A stretch of 64,000 bases of DNA from an uncultured Candidatus Saccharibacteria bacterium. GTDB taxonomy: Bacteria > Patescibacteriota > Doudnabacteria > UBA920 > O2-02-FULL-48-8. A program made the translations under genes and the position numbers. The notes under the pieces are model-generated. The model saw only the letters and a list, made by a program, of their open reading frames with translations, ran no database searches and was not told the origin of the DNA. Each line of letters begins with the position of its first letter. Position 1 is the first letter of the stretch. The stretch spans positions 406,559 through 470,558 of the forward strand of contig CAZSDS010000001.1 in the NCBI GenBank assembly GCA_964605735.1. Reading direction: 5' to 3'. Positions 25,331-35,172 of the stretch are shown here, piece by piece.

Positions 25331-26773
25331 TTATTCGTCGTCGTCCACAGCCTTCTTCAAGTAAAACGCGCCTGCGCCTTCCGTGGCTTTGCGGTTATGG
25401 TAAATAGTGCGGGGGCTGTGCGGGATATCTTCGTCAAATCTTTTCTTCTTTTTGTCGAATTTCTTCCGTTTGTCGAACTTGTCGTTTCTATTGAACTTGT
25501 TGCGGGAAAAAGCTTTTGCTCCCCTAACCTGTTTTCTTCCATCCTGTGGTTTGCGGGATTCACCGCGGTCAGAGCGCTGGTGACGGAAATTCCTGTTATC
25601 GTTTTTTTGGCGCTGATTTGAACTCTTTGCCTCATCCAGTTTTGCGCTGGCCAAAGAAGTAGGCATCTTAGAAACATCCAAATTGCGCTTAATCAATCGC
25701 TCAATGTTACGCACTTCCCTTCTCTGATCATGTGTGGCGAAAGTGATTGCGCGGCCAGTTTTTCCAGCGCGGCCTGTTCGTCCAATACGGTGCACATAAT
25801 CCTCGGCAGTTGCCGGCAAATCGTAATTGATGACAAGCTCAATGCCAGTTACGTCAATACCACGCGCAGCAATGTCAGTGGCTACCATCACGCGGTAGCG
25901 TCCCAATTTGAATCCTTCCAAGGCATCTTTTCTCTGGCCCAAAGACCGGTTGGAGTGAATTTCTGTGGCAGTGTGCCCCATGTTCCGGATCATTCGGGCA
26001 ATATCTTTAGCCTTGTACTTTGTTCTGGAAAATACCAGGACACTTCCCTTGTACTCGTTAAGCAAAGTTTTAAGCAAATCATTTTTCTGGTTGCGGTCCA
26101 AGAAATACAATTCCTGAGTTACGGTTTTAACCGCAGTTCCTGCAGGTGCTACTTCCACGCGCAATGGCGACTTCATATATGTGTTCGCCAATTTCACAAT
26201 GTCATCCGGCATGGTTGCTGAAAACAACATTGTTTGTCTTTGCTTAGGCACTTTCTGCAAAATCTTCTCTATCTGCGGCGCAAAACCCATGTCGAGCATT
26301 CGGTCAGCTTCGTCCAGAACCAAAATCCCAACGTTATGCAAACTCAACTTGCTGTTTTGCAAGTGATCATTCAAACGTCCTGGTGTAGCCACCACTATAT
26401 TTGGGTTGTTCTTCAAAGCGCGAAGCTGTTTGCCCATGGCTTCCCCGCCGATCAACACAGCTGTGCGCAAACCAATTCCTGCCCCGATTTTGCGCAGGCT
26501 TTCGTCCACTTGGATGGCAAGTTCGCGAGTCGGCACCAGGATCAAACCCTTTTTCTGGCCTTTAAACTGGGCCAACCGCTGGATCATAGGGATGCCAAAC
26601 GCCATGGTTTTACCTGTCCCTGTCTGCGCAATACCCATTAAGTCCTGCCCTGTGATTGCCACTGGTATTGAACGCAACTGAATGGGTGTGGGCACAGTGA
26701 ATTTGTTTTTTGTAAGCAATTCTAAAAGCTTCGGTGCAATACCTAAACCGTCAAAACCCTGTTTACTTTCCAT
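25331..26773 (-). CDS. DEAD-box ATP-dependent RNA helicase with basic low-complexity C-terminal tail
   Basis: Q-motif, GTGKT, DEAD, SAT, HRIGRTGR motifs. C-terminal K/R-rich repeats. Confidence 0.9.
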   Translation of the reverse strand: MESKQGFDGLGIAPKLLELLTKNKFTVPTPIQLRSIPVAITGQDLMGIAQTGTGKTMAFGIPMIQRLAQFKGQKKGLILVPTRELAIQVDESLRKIGAGIGLRTAVLIGGEAMGKQLRALKNNPNIVVATPGRLNDHLQNSKLSLHNVGILVLDEADRMLDMGFAPQIEKILQKVPKQRQTMLFSATMPDDIVKLANTYMKSPLRVEVAPAGTAVKTVTQELYFLDRNQKNDLLKTLLNEYKGSVLVFSRTKYKAKDIARMIRNMGHTATEIHSNRSLGQRKDALEGFKLGRYRVMVATDIAARGIDVTGIELVINYDLPATAEDYVHRIGRTGRAGKTGRAITFATHDQRREVRNIERLIKRNLDVSKMPTSLASAKLDEAKSSNQRQKNDNRNFRHQRSDRGESRKPQDGRKQVRGAKAFSRNKFNRNDKFDKRKKFDKKKKRFDEDIPHSPRTIYHNRKATEGAGAFYLKKAVDDDE

Positions 26774-26783
26774 AATTCCTTTC

Positions 26784-28508
26784 TTACATTCTCTCCACAG
26801 TCTTTATTCCGAGTAAAGACAATGATTGACTGATATATTGTTTTGCCAGACTGATGCCGGCGAGTAAAAATTCTTTTTTATGAGTGTCCTCTTCCGCAAG
26901 GACAGGCACGCTCTCATAGAGCGAGTTGATGTCTGAACAAAGATTGAACGCGTATCGGCAGATGACGGACGGGTCAGTGGCTTGCATTGCCTCTTTTACA
27001 GCTGATTCATAGCCGAGCATTCTTATAAACACCTGCTTAAGTTTGGCTGACTGCTCCTGTTCAAACTTTCCAGCATCAAATTGTACAGCATTTAAGGTGT
27101 TTTGTCCAGACTTTTCAATGATCTTACTTAGCCTGGTGTGTGCGTACAAGCAGAATGGTCCAGTAAATCCGTGGATGTCAATTGATTCTTTAGGGTCGTA
27201 TGCAATGTCACGGTTAGGGTCGACTTTCAGAAACTGGAACTTGATGGCTGCAAGGGCAATTGCCTTGGCATCAACTCCGGTTTTTTCTGAACGCTCAGAT
27301 TCCTGGATTTGCTTCTGTACCAGGCCAGTAACTTCCGTAAGCAGATCATCCGCGTCCACCACGGTCCCTTCCCTTGATTTCATCTTCCCGGAAGGCAAAG
27401 TTACCATGCCGTAAGAGCGATGCAGCATTTTATCCGCCGGGCTGATGCCAAGCTTGTCTAAAATGTAGAAAACCACCTGGAAATAATATTTCTGCTCTGA
27501 GCCGACCACGTTCCAGGAAAAGTCAATCTTGTTTTCCTTGAATTTTTTTGCTGCCAGGGCCAGATCCTGAGTCACGTACAAACTTGTCCCGTCTTCGCGC
27601 AAAACAGTCATTACCTTTGCACTGCCATCCTCGTTCCTGCCAAATTGTTCTTCCGGCAAATCAATAACCACTGCACCTTTTTCATTCTTGCGGAATACTC
27701 CTTGCTGTAAACCCTGCTCAATCAAATCTTTTCCACTCTTGTAAACTTCTGATTCAAAGTATTCTTTATCAAAAGTAAACCCGAAGTCATCACAAGTCTG
27801 CCTGAATCCTTCCATAAACCACGAGTTAAGCAGTTTCCAATCCTTAATGACTTCCTCATCTCCGCTCTCCCACTTCTGCAGAAGTTCCTGGGCTTCTTGT
27901 TCCAAAGCCGGATCATTCTCTGCTTCTTTGGCAAACCTTACATAGTATTCACCAACAAAGTGATCGCCTTTCATGCTGGCGGTTTCCGGAGTTGCACCAT
28001 TCCCGAATTTTTTCCAGGCCAAAAGTGATTTGCAGATTGCGATGCCTCGGTCATTGATGACCTGAGCTTTGATCACGCTGTTCCCTTGCGCCTGAAGAAT
28101 ATTTGCCAAAGATGAGCCGATCAAACCGTTCCTGACATGTCCAATATGAAGCGGCTTGTTTGTGTTCGGCGACAAATATTCAATCATATATGTCTGGCCT
28201 GTTTTTTGGTCCTCGCTTTTATCTGCCTGCACTAATTCGAACAAAAACTGAGGTTTGAAAGTGAAATTGATATAGCCTTTTACGGCTTCCACGTTCTCAA
28301 ACTGGTCCGCGAATGAAACGCGAAAAGACTCAATCACTTGAGTTTCGTCAATTTTCTTCAATTTGAGAAGTCGGAAAATTTTAAGGGTCAGATCTGCTTT
28401 TTCTGATCCCAATTCGAATTCAATTAAAGAAGTCAGCTCTTCGCGCTTTACATCTGTAACAGAAGCAAGATGGTTTATGAGCGAATCAGTTAAACTAGCA
28501 AAGTTCAT
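26784..28508 (-). CDS. argS: arginine--tRNA ligase
   Basis: HIGH motif (PLHIGHVRNG). Class I catalytic core. C-terminal DALR-type anticodon-binding region. Confidence 0.9.
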   Translation of the reverse strand: MNFASLTDSLINHLASVTDVKREELTSLIEFELGSEKADLTLKIFRLLKLKKIDETQVIESFRVSFADQFENVEAVKGYINFTFKPQFLFELVQADKSEDQKTGQTYMIEYLSPNTNKPLHIGHVRNGLIGSSLANILQAQGNSVIKAQVINDRGIAICKSLLAWKKFGNGATPETASMKGDHFVGEYYVRFAKEAENDPALEQEAQELLQKWESGDEEVIKDWKLLNSWFMEGFRQTCDDFGFTFDKEYFESEVYKSGKDLIEQGLQQGVFRKNEKGAVVIDLPEEQFGRNEDGSAKVMTVLREDGTSLYVTQDLALAAKKFKENKIDFSWNVVGSEQKYYFQVVFYILDKLGISPADKMLHRSYGMVTLPSGKMKSREGTVVDADDLLTEVTGLVQKQIQESERSEKTGVDAKAIALAAIKFQFLKVDPNRDIAYDPKESIDIHGFTGPFCLYAHTRLSKIIEKSGQNTLNAVQFDAGKFEQEQSAKLKQVFIRMLGYESAVKEAMQATDPSVICRYAFNLCSDINSLYESVPVLAEEDTHKKEFLLAGISLAKQYISQSLSLLGIKTVERM

Positions 28509-28534
28509 TTATTTGCATTTATTGGACAGCATTA

Positions 28535-28563
28535 ATTATACAATATTCTGCTTAAAGTTTCAA
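28535..28563 (-). promoter_or_regulatory. argS promoter
   Basis: Minus-strand TTGAAA, 17 nt, TATAAT (TG immediately upstream). Short ~25-nt leader. Confidence 0.5.
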
Positions 28564-28770
28564 CTAAAAAAATTTTGGATAAGGCGGCGCGTTTGCTGCT
28601 GTCGGAGCACGCAGTCGAACTTCAATTTGCTGCAATCCTGACAAAAGTCAGGATCTCCTCTTATGTGGTTCGCTGCTTCAGGCTCGGCACTGATGTGCCT
28701 GCGCCGAATCTCCGCCATCAGCAAAACGCTCTGCCTGAACCATTTTCTCTAAAAATGTACAGAGCAGAAT

Positions 28771-28812
28771 ATTGATAAAAGGGAAAACAAAAGCCGCAGT
28801 CAATAGACTGCG
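28771..28812. terminator. Bidirectional terminator after the ABC permease operon
   Basis: GCCGCAGTC-AATAG-GACTGCGGC perfect 9-bp stem with an A-run 5' and a T-run 3'. Confidence 0.6.
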
Positions 28813-28837
28813 GCCGTTTTTTATTCGTGTAAATTTT

Positions 28838-30109
28838 TTATTCGTACCTAAGAGCCTTGATTGGATCCAGGCGGCTGGCTTTAAGAGATGGCAGTGTTCC
28901 GGCGAGGAACGCCAAAACTATAATGCCAAGCACGATCAGCAGTGACGGCAGCCAAGGGAAAGCTAAGAGTTCAAATCCAACAAAATCTTTCAGCCAGTTG
29001 TTTCGCGCAACGCTGTTAACGAGCGGAGCCAATGCCATGCTAACACCAACTCCGAGCACTGCTCCCCAAAACCCGATGCTGGCGGATTCCAAGGCGAACA
29101 TAGTAAAAATCGTCCGCCTGTTGGTGCCAAGCGCTTTCAGCAAACCAATTTCTGAAGTCCGTTCAGTCACGGCCATAAACAAAGTATTAACAATACCAAA
29201 GGTGGCGGCAATCAGAGCAATCGCGCTGAAAACATTCAAAACTGTCAGAATCCCGTCAATGATCTGGTTTACCATGCCAATGGCATCTTCCATTGTCTGC
29301 GCCAAATATCCATTCGCGCTCAGCAACTCCTGCAAAGCTTTTTGCTGTTCGTCGGTAAAGCTCGGGTCATGTTTTACGAAAGCGCTGTTGTAGGAATCCA
29401 TCAGGCTGGCCACGCCTTGTGTTTGCGCGGTTCTGATTTCCTGCATCAAAGGGAATGACAAATAAACGCTGGTACTGCCAAGCAAAGACTGCTGCATCAC
29501 ACCGGCGATTGTCACGGTTTTTTCAATTATATTTCCGCTCACATCCCTGTAACCGACTGTCAAAGTCTTCCCCACTGCATCCTCGCTGGAATTAAAACCA
29601 AGCGGTTCCAAGTACCTGATAGGCAAATTAGCCTGGTTCGGATTACTGTTGTCCAAAACTGTTCCAGCAGCCATGGCAATATTCATGCCATCAATGTACT
29701 GTTCGGCAAGCGCCCGGTATTTTTTGCCGCCCGTGGAAATATACTCAATCTGAACATTGTACATAGGAGTAACCTCTGTCACGCCTGAGAGAAGTTTAAT
29801 CTCTTCAAGGTTGGCCTTGGTCAAAAGCGGCTGGTTGAAAACGCCGCTGACGCGTTCAGGATCATATTCCTGGACATCAGTGCCGAAAGGATTATCACCG
29901 CCTGGATTTCTTGCCTGAACGACAAAAGTATTTTCAACTCCAATGTTGCCAAGTTCCTGGTCAACGTACGCCTTCAAGCCATTACCCACGCCATTGGTCA
30001 ATGAAATGGTGAAAGTCCCAATGAAAATTGCGCCAATGGTAAGTACGGTACGCAATTTTGAGCGCAATAAATTGGTTTGTGAAATTCTTATTAAATCACG
30101 GACTCTCAT
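28838..30109 (-). CDS. ABC transporter permease (FtsX/MacB-like)
   Basis: N-terminal TM, large periplasmic domain, C-terminal FtsX-type 3-TM bundle. Confidence 0.8.
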   Translation of the reverse strand: MRVRDLIRISQTNLLRSKLRTVLTIGAIFIGTFTISLTNGVGNGLKAYVDQELGNIGVENTFVVQARNPGGDNPFGTDVQEYDPERVSGVFNQPLLTKANLEEIKLLSGVTEVTPMYNVQIEYISTGGKKYRALAEQYIDGMNIAMAAGTVLDNSNPNQANLPIRYLEPLGFNSSEDAVGKTLTVGYRDVSGNIIEKTVTIAGVMQQSLLGSTSVYLSFPLMQEIRTAQTQGVASLMDSYNSAFVKHDPSFTDEQQKALQELLSANGYLAQTMEDAIGMVNQIIDGILTVLNVFSAIALIAATFGIVNTLFMAVTERTSEIGLLKALGTNRRTIFTMFALESASIGFWGAVLGVGVSMALAPLVNSVARNNWLKDFVGFELLAFPWLPSLLIVLGIIVLAFLAGTLPSLKASRLDPIKALRYE

Positions 30110-30789
30110 GCTGTCTCTCCAATGACTTCCCCGTCCTTAAGAGTAATTGTTCGTTCGCAAAGAGCGGCCAAGTCAGGGTCATGGGTAACAATAATCAGGG
30201 TAATCCCCTTCCCGCGGTGCAGGCTAAACAACAAATCAGTGATAACCTTTCCGTTCTCCGTGTCCAAATTTCCAGTTGGCTCGTCCGCAAAAATTACCTC
30301 CGGCCGGGTGATCAATGCCCGGGCAATGCAAAGCCGTTGTTTTTGTCCGCCGGAAAGATCGCCGGCTTTTTGCCTGGCTTTGTCCAAAAGACCCACAGCC
30401 TTAAGCATTTCCAAACCCCGAGCTTTCCTTTCTCTGGCGCCAACACCCATAATCATCAGAGGCAAAACCACGTTTTCCAGGCAAGTGTTGCGTGCATTCA
30501 GGAAGAACTGTTGGAAAACAAATCCGTATTTTCTGTTTCTCAGCTGATCAAGGTCTTTTCCGGTCAGTGTACTGGTTGGCTTGCCGTCAAAAAACAGCTC
30601 ACCGCTGGTCGGCCGGTCCAGAGTTGCCAGCACGTGCATCAGGGTTGATTTGCCGCTTCCTGACTTTCCTATAATTGCCAGGCTTTCGCCTTTCTTGACC
30701 GTGATGTTGACATTTTTAAGAGCGTAGGTGTCTTCACCTGCGCTTGGATAGACTTTTGTCAGATTCGATGTCTCGATGATGTTGGCCAT
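30106..30789 (-). CDS. ABC transporter ATP-binding protein (MacB/LolD-like)
   Basis: Walker A GKSGSGKST, LSGGQKQR, Walker B IFADEPTGNLD. 4-nt overlap with the permease. Confidence 0.9.
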   Translation of the reverse strand: MANIIETSNLTKVYPSAGEDTYALKNVNITVKKGESLAIIGKSGSGKSTLMHVLATLDRPTSGELFFDGKPTSTLTGKDLDQLRNRKYGFVFQQFFLNARNTCLENVVLPLMIMGVGARERKARGLEMLKAVGLLDKARQKAGDLSGGQKQRLCIARALITRPEVIFADEPTGNLDTENGKVITDLLFSLHRGKGITLIIVTHDPDLAALCERTITLKDGEVIGETA

Positions 30790-30938
30790 AGAATTTCACA
30801 TCATTTTAGCAAAAAACGCCTGTTTTGTCCAGGCTGACAACATGATGCGCTGATTCGCAAACCAACCCGAACCAGAATTGACCTATCAGGGTAAAATCGG
30901 TAAAATATTCAAGTGATTTTAAGCAATTCGAAAGCAAA

Positions 30939-32405
30939 ATGTCCAACGATTCAGTTATTTTAAGATTTTCAGAAGTCAGTTTTACCATAGGCCACAACAA
31001 AGTCATCCTTGATGAAGCGTCTTTTTCAGTCCGCACCGGAAGCAGAATTACTTTGATGGGACAAAACGGCGCAGGAAAAAGCACATTATTCAAATTGATC
31101 ACCGGAGAATTGGAACCGGCAGAAGGCTCAATCCACAAAACCCCAAAAGACATCAGCATTGCCATCGCTCGCCAGGTCATGCCTAAAGAAATGCTCAACC
31201 TCACCGTCCGTGAATACTTTGAAACAGCTTTTGCAGAAAAGAAATACAACATCGACAAACTGATTGCCGAAGTTTTTGAAGTCGTCAACGTCCAGTTGCC
31301 GCCTGAAAAGAAAGTCGGAGAGTTGTCAGGCGGACAGCAAGCCCGCCTGCTTTTGGCGCATGCCTTGATTCAGCAACCGGATATTTTGCTCCTGGATGAG
31401 CCTACCAATAACCTGGACCAGCAAGGAATTGAACACCTGACGGGATTTCTGATGATGTACGAAAAAACCTGCATTGTCATCTCCCATGATGCGGATTTCT
31501 TGAACGCTTTTACGGACGGAGTGATGTACCTGGACGTCTTCACCCATAAAATTGAACAATACACCGGAAACTATTTTGACGTGGTGGAAGAAATCAAGAA
31601 CCGGATTGAGCGAGAAAACCTGCAGAACGCCCGCATGCAGGCACAGATCAAAGAAAAGCGCGCGCAGGCTGAAGTGTTCGCGCACAAAGGCGGAAAGTTG
31701 CGCGCCGTGGCCAAGAGGATGAGAGAGGCTGCTGAAGAAGCCGAGGAAAATATTGTGGATGTGCGGCGCGAAGATAAAACAATCCGAGAATTTACGATTC
31801 CTGCCCAGGAATTTGAAGTGCATTTTGACGGAAAAATCCTGGAGATTGATTCCGTGACCGCCATCAAGAACCACAAGCCTGTTGTCAAAAAAATTAACAC
31901 CATCATCCGCAAGAGCACCCACGCGCTGATTGCCGGACCAAACGGCATCGGCAAAACTACAATGCTGGAAAAACTTGCCTCAGGCAAAGGAGATGGTTTC
32001 AAAATTGCCAAGGACGTGGTGATTGGCTATTACAAACAGGATTTCAGCAACCTGGACTTTAACCAAAAAGCATACGATGCTTTGGCAGAAGTCATGAAAG
32101 AACAGGATGAGCACAAACTCCGCTCCACCGCAGCCGGTTTTTTGCTGGATGGGAAACTTTTGGACCAACCAATTGCTGCTTTGTCTGAGGGGCAAAAAGG
32201 TTTACTTTCTTTCTGCCGTCTGATTCTGCTCCAGCCTGGTCTGCTTATCCTGGATGAGCCGACCAACCATATCAATTTCCGCCATTTGCCTGTCATTGCC
32301 AAAGCACTGGACGAATTCAACGGAGCCATAGTCATGGTTTCCCACATCCCGGAATTCGTCTCCCAAATAAGAATTGATGAGGTCATAGATTTGGACTCGA
32401 TATAA
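30939..32405 (+). CDS. ABC-F family ATPase (tandem ABC domains, no TM)
   Basis: Two Walker A (GQNGAGKST, GPNGIGKTT) and two LSGGQ/LSEGQ signatures with a linker between. Confidence 0.85.
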   Translation: MSNDSVILRFSEVSFTIGHNKVILDEASFSVRTGSRITLMGQNGAGKSTLFKLITGELEPAEGSIHKTPKDISIAIARQVMPKEMLNLTVREYFETAFAEKKYNIDKLIAEVFEVVNVQLPPEKKVGELSGGQQARLLLAHALIQQPDILLLDEPTNNLDQQGIEHLTGFLMMYEKTCIVISHDADFLNAFTDGVMYLDVFTHKIEQYTGNYFDVVEEIKNRIERENLQNARMQAQIKEKRAQAEVFAHKGGKLRAVAKRMREAAEEAEENIVDVRREDKTIREFTIPAQEFEVHFDGKILEIDSVTAIKNHKPVVKKINTIIRKSTHALIAGPNGIGKTTMLEKLASGKGDGFKIAKDVVIGYYKQDFSNLDFNQKAYDALAEVMKEQDEHKLRSTAAGFLLDGKLLDQPIAALSEGQKGLLSFCRLILLQPGLLILDEPTNHINFRHLPVIAKALDEFNGAIVMVSHIPEFVSQIRIDEVIDLDSI

Positions 32406-32413
32406 TTGGACTC

Positions 32414-32452
32414 AATAAAAAAGACGCTAACCTGAGGTTAGCGTCCGGCTTT
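32414..32452. terminator. Bidirectional terminator
   Basis: GACGCTAACC-TGAG-GTTAGCGTC perfect stem flanked by A- and T-runs, between convergent genes. Confidence 0.6.
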
Positions 32453-32986
32453 CCATTTCTGGATGCTGACAATTTTTTCGTTTTTCCCTTTCTTACCCCG
32501 GACATTTGTCTTGGCTTGCTTGCCTGTTTGCAACCGGCGGGCAGCAGCCTTCAGGCGTCCGAGCCGCTCCGTTTTTTTCTCCTTTGTCTGCTCTGGACCC
32601 GGCACAGAAGGAACATAACTGCTCCCTACTATTCCATGGTCAGAAACAACCATTGGTTCAAAAAAAGAGCGGTTCCAATCATGGTGCCAGTAAGGCGTCA
32701 ACCGCCGCTGAAGTTCCTTGATCTGACAGTCCCAGACTACCACGTTGTTTGCCGTGGCTTCCTGCAGCAGCCTTTCGCGGTTGCTGTCCAGAACATACTG
32801 GGAGAGCCAGAGAATTTCAAGGCTGGCCGGTAAAGGCAAACCCTGAGCAGTCTGAGCCGCGTTCCAGAAAATGACTTGCGGGTCTTGCTTGGAGGTGAGA
32901 ACAAACGAATCTGCTTCCACCACCAAGACCTTAGGCAGAATCTGCTGTCTTCTCGCCTGCCTGCGTGGGGGAGTCGTTTTGCCCAT
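32438..32986 (-). CDS. hypothetical protein with basic C-terminal tail (GC-rich)
   Basis: 182-aa ORF, ~52% GC, no recognisable motif. Confidence 0.35.
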   Translation of the reverse strand: MGKTTPPRRQARRQQILPKVLVVEADSFVLTSKQDPQVIFWNAAQTAQGLPLPASLEILWLSQYVLDSNRERLLQEATANNVVVWDCQIKELQRRLTPYWHHDWNRSFFEPMVVSDHGIVGSSYVPSVPGPEQTKEKKTERLGRLKAAARRLQTGKQAKTNVRGKKGKNEKIVSIQKWKAGR

Positions 32987-33494
32987 TGGTCCTCCTGCTT
33001 TTCATCATTGTATATGAATACAACAATGCGCACAAAAACACAACCAACAAAATCGCCGAAAAAAGCGAGCCAGCCTGATTCCCGGCTTCCCTCGTTTGCA
33101 CCAGAAAACCAGTGCTGTTTTCTTGACCCGAAACCGGATCTGCAAAAACCAAATCCGCGTCAAAGTAATTTTCCTTCTCAAAAGTATATTTAAACTCAAA
33201 AGCGCCGTTGGCGTCAGTTGTGTAAGTTTCTTCAAAAGCAATCCTGTCCTGAAACGGATCGTCAAAAAAAGTGTCTATCATCTTTACCTGGACCTGGAGA
33301 TTCCTCAACGGTTGAAAATTTTTGTCAGTGATTGAAAAAGTAAACACCACCTCTTCCCCGACCAGTGGCGAAAGGGGATTTTGGTTAAGAAAGACAATTG
33401 CGTTGTTGACGTTTTTTGAAACGCCGCCATGCGCGAAGATAACTGCAGGCAAGGCTGTGAGCAAAGCGGCCAAACTCAGGATTTTTTTTATCAT
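32931..33494 (-). CDS. secreted protein with signal peptide and C-terminal TM anchor (hypothetical)
   Basis: Start MIKKILSLAALLTALPAVIFA (signal peptide). C-terminal hydrophobic helix plus basic tail. Confidence 0.5.
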   Translation of the reverse strand: MIKKILSLAALLTALPAVIFAHGGVSKNVNNAIVFLNQNPLSPLVGEEVVFTFSITDKNFQPLRNLQVQVKMIDTFFDDPFQDRIAFEETYTTDANGAFEFKYTFEKENYFDADLVFADPVSGQENSTGFLVQTREAGNQAGSLFSAILLVVFLCALLYSYTMMKSRRTNGQNDSPTQAGEKTADSA

Positions 33495-33578
33495 AAGTGA
33501 ATTATAGCAGACCTTGTTGGGGCAAAATATAAAGAGGCAGTTGCGGAGCAACTGCCTCACACAATTTCACACAAGGAC

Positions 33579-34325
33579 CTAGAACCACTTGGCTGCGGCT
33601 TCGCGAAGAAGCTTCATGACCTTGCTTTCCGGAGCCGCGTACTTACCCAGATCTTCCAGATCCAGCGGCTTGGGTGGCGGCATTCTCAGGAAGTTCTCCC
33701 TGACCCAGCTGAAGACATCGTGGTTCTGCAGATGGGACTCCGCCTGACGTGCGAGAAATTCCCGCTTTCCAGGAGTGGAGTCCGATGCAAACAAACCTGT
33801 CAATTGCGCCAGCGCTTCCGTCCTGCTGGCCACGAGGACCAGCTTGTCATCCAAACCTTTGTACGGAAGATGGCTTACAGGAAACTGCACGAAATCCCGG
33901 AGACGACCCTGATGATAGCAAGCAAGGTACACGTCCTCACCTGGCTCAATGTTGAGCCCATGCGGGTTCGAGCTCACATTCACGCGGAAGATCTTGCCAC
34001 AAGGTTCACGAACCAGGGCAAACTCCCCCTGCGGATGAATGAAGACCCAGCCGCTCAGTTCAACGCGGAACGTGCGCTTGAGGTCTGTGTTGCTGTACCC
34101 GCGGATCAAATAAGTCTGAACGTCCGTGGGAATAATCGTGACCATGTTGTTGTCCGTGGTCTCGATCGCGACAGGGCCATTCTGGATCACGTGCACAGCC
34201 GCGCAGACAGCGTATTCCGAACGCTTCACTGACCCGAACCATTCCGTGATTTTGACTGGTTGGCCAGAGAACCGTTCCACAATAACACTCAAAGCACTTG
34301 CTTCCATAGTCTGTGTCTCAGGCAT
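33579..34325 (-). CDS. hypothetical protein (GC-rich islet, ~54% GC)
   Basis: 248-aa ORF. Codon usage (CGC/CTG-rich) distinct from core genes. Confidence 0.45.
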   Translation of the reverse strand: MPETQTMEASALSVIVERFSGQPVKITEWFGSVKRSEYAVCAAVHVIQNGPVAIETTDNNMVTIIPTDVQTYLIRGYSNTDLKRTFRVELSGWVFIHPQGEFALVREPCGKIFRVNVSSNPHGLNIEPGEDVYLACYHQGRLRDFVQFPVSHLPYKGLDDKLVLVASRTEALAQLTGLFASDSTPGKREFLARQAESHLQNHDVFSWVRENFLRMPPPKPLDLEDLGKYAAPESKVMKLLREAAAKWF

Positions 34326-34549
34326 TTTTTCTCCTCTTTTTAGGTTTTTCGAACACTTCGTTTTTTGGAACTAGCCAGGACTTTTTTATAACTTGCCCAG
34401 CCCAAAAGCTGGAATAACAAACTATACCATTTTTAATGCTTAAGGTCAAGCTTTGTAAATTCGTTAGTGCCAGTTGACATTGCTGGCGTTTTATAGTAAC
34501 ATATGCAATCGTGTGCCGGGTTAAAAACTGCAATGGAGGAAAAGATTAA

Positions 34550-34750
34550 ATGAGCGATCAGAAGGTCACTGTGCAAGTCCGAATGAACGGCATCGTTCAC
34601 GAATACGGTGTCCCTGCCGATTCAGCACTGATACCTTACCTGCGCAAAGTGACCGCGGTTCACGGTAACCCAGCTCTGCACATGTGCGCGCTGGTGGTTA
34701 CCCAAGTTTTGGCCGAAGCAGAAGCTTCCAAACTACAGGAGACCGTCTAA
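34550..34750 (+). CDS. small hypothetical protein
   Basis: RBS GGAGGAAAAG upstream. 66 aa. GC-rich. Confidence 0.4.
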   Translation: MSDQKVTVQVRMNGIVHEYGVPADSALIPYLRKVTAVHGNPALHMCALVVTQVLAEAEASKLQETV

Positions 34751-34754
34751 TTCC

Positions 34755-35114
34755 ATGAAAGGCTATTTTTCTATGCGAGCAACAAGGCGAATTCTGTTCA
34801 CTGCGTCCTTTCTCTCGGCACTGGCCATTGTCTACTACTTCGGGACCAGCGCCTTGATTGGGGCGTGTGCCGGCACATGGGTCCTTGCCGGTGTCTACGC
34901 CGCCGCCATCGCCGACCGCCTCGAATTCGCCCACCCCGTAAACTCCCGCGAATTCGGGTTTCTGTTCACTGCCCTGCTTGGCTGGTACGCGCTCAGCCGA
35001 GTGATCGAGCTTAGGAACGACGAACGGCAGAGTGCAGAAACATTTCAGATGAGATACCGACTGGCTTCGCCTGATCCGCTCAAAGGGCTTCGCCTCTGGT
35101 TCTCCAAATTCTGA
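34755..35114 (+). CDS. membrane protein (hypothetical)
   Basis: 119-aa ORF with hydrophobic helices, 4 nt after the previous ORF. Followed by a terminator. Confidence 0.45.
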   Translation: MKGYFSMRATRRILFTASFLSALAIVYYFGTSALIGACAGTWVLAGVYAAAIADRLEFAHPVNSREFGFLFTALLGWYALSRVIELRNDERQSAETFQMRYRLASPDPLKGLRLWFSKF

Positions 35115-35132
35115 AACCGGATCGCCGCCCAA

Positions 35133-35172
35133 ACAAAAAGCCCCGTCTGCAGGACGAGGGCTTTTCTTTTTA
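35133..35172. terminator. Bidirectional terminator
   Basis: AGCCCCGTC-TGCAG-GACGAGGGCT hairpin followed by a T-run. Confidence 0.55.

Noticed and set aside
28509-28540. T-box leader for argS
   Set aside because: Leader between promoter and ATG is only ~25 nt, too short for a T-box.
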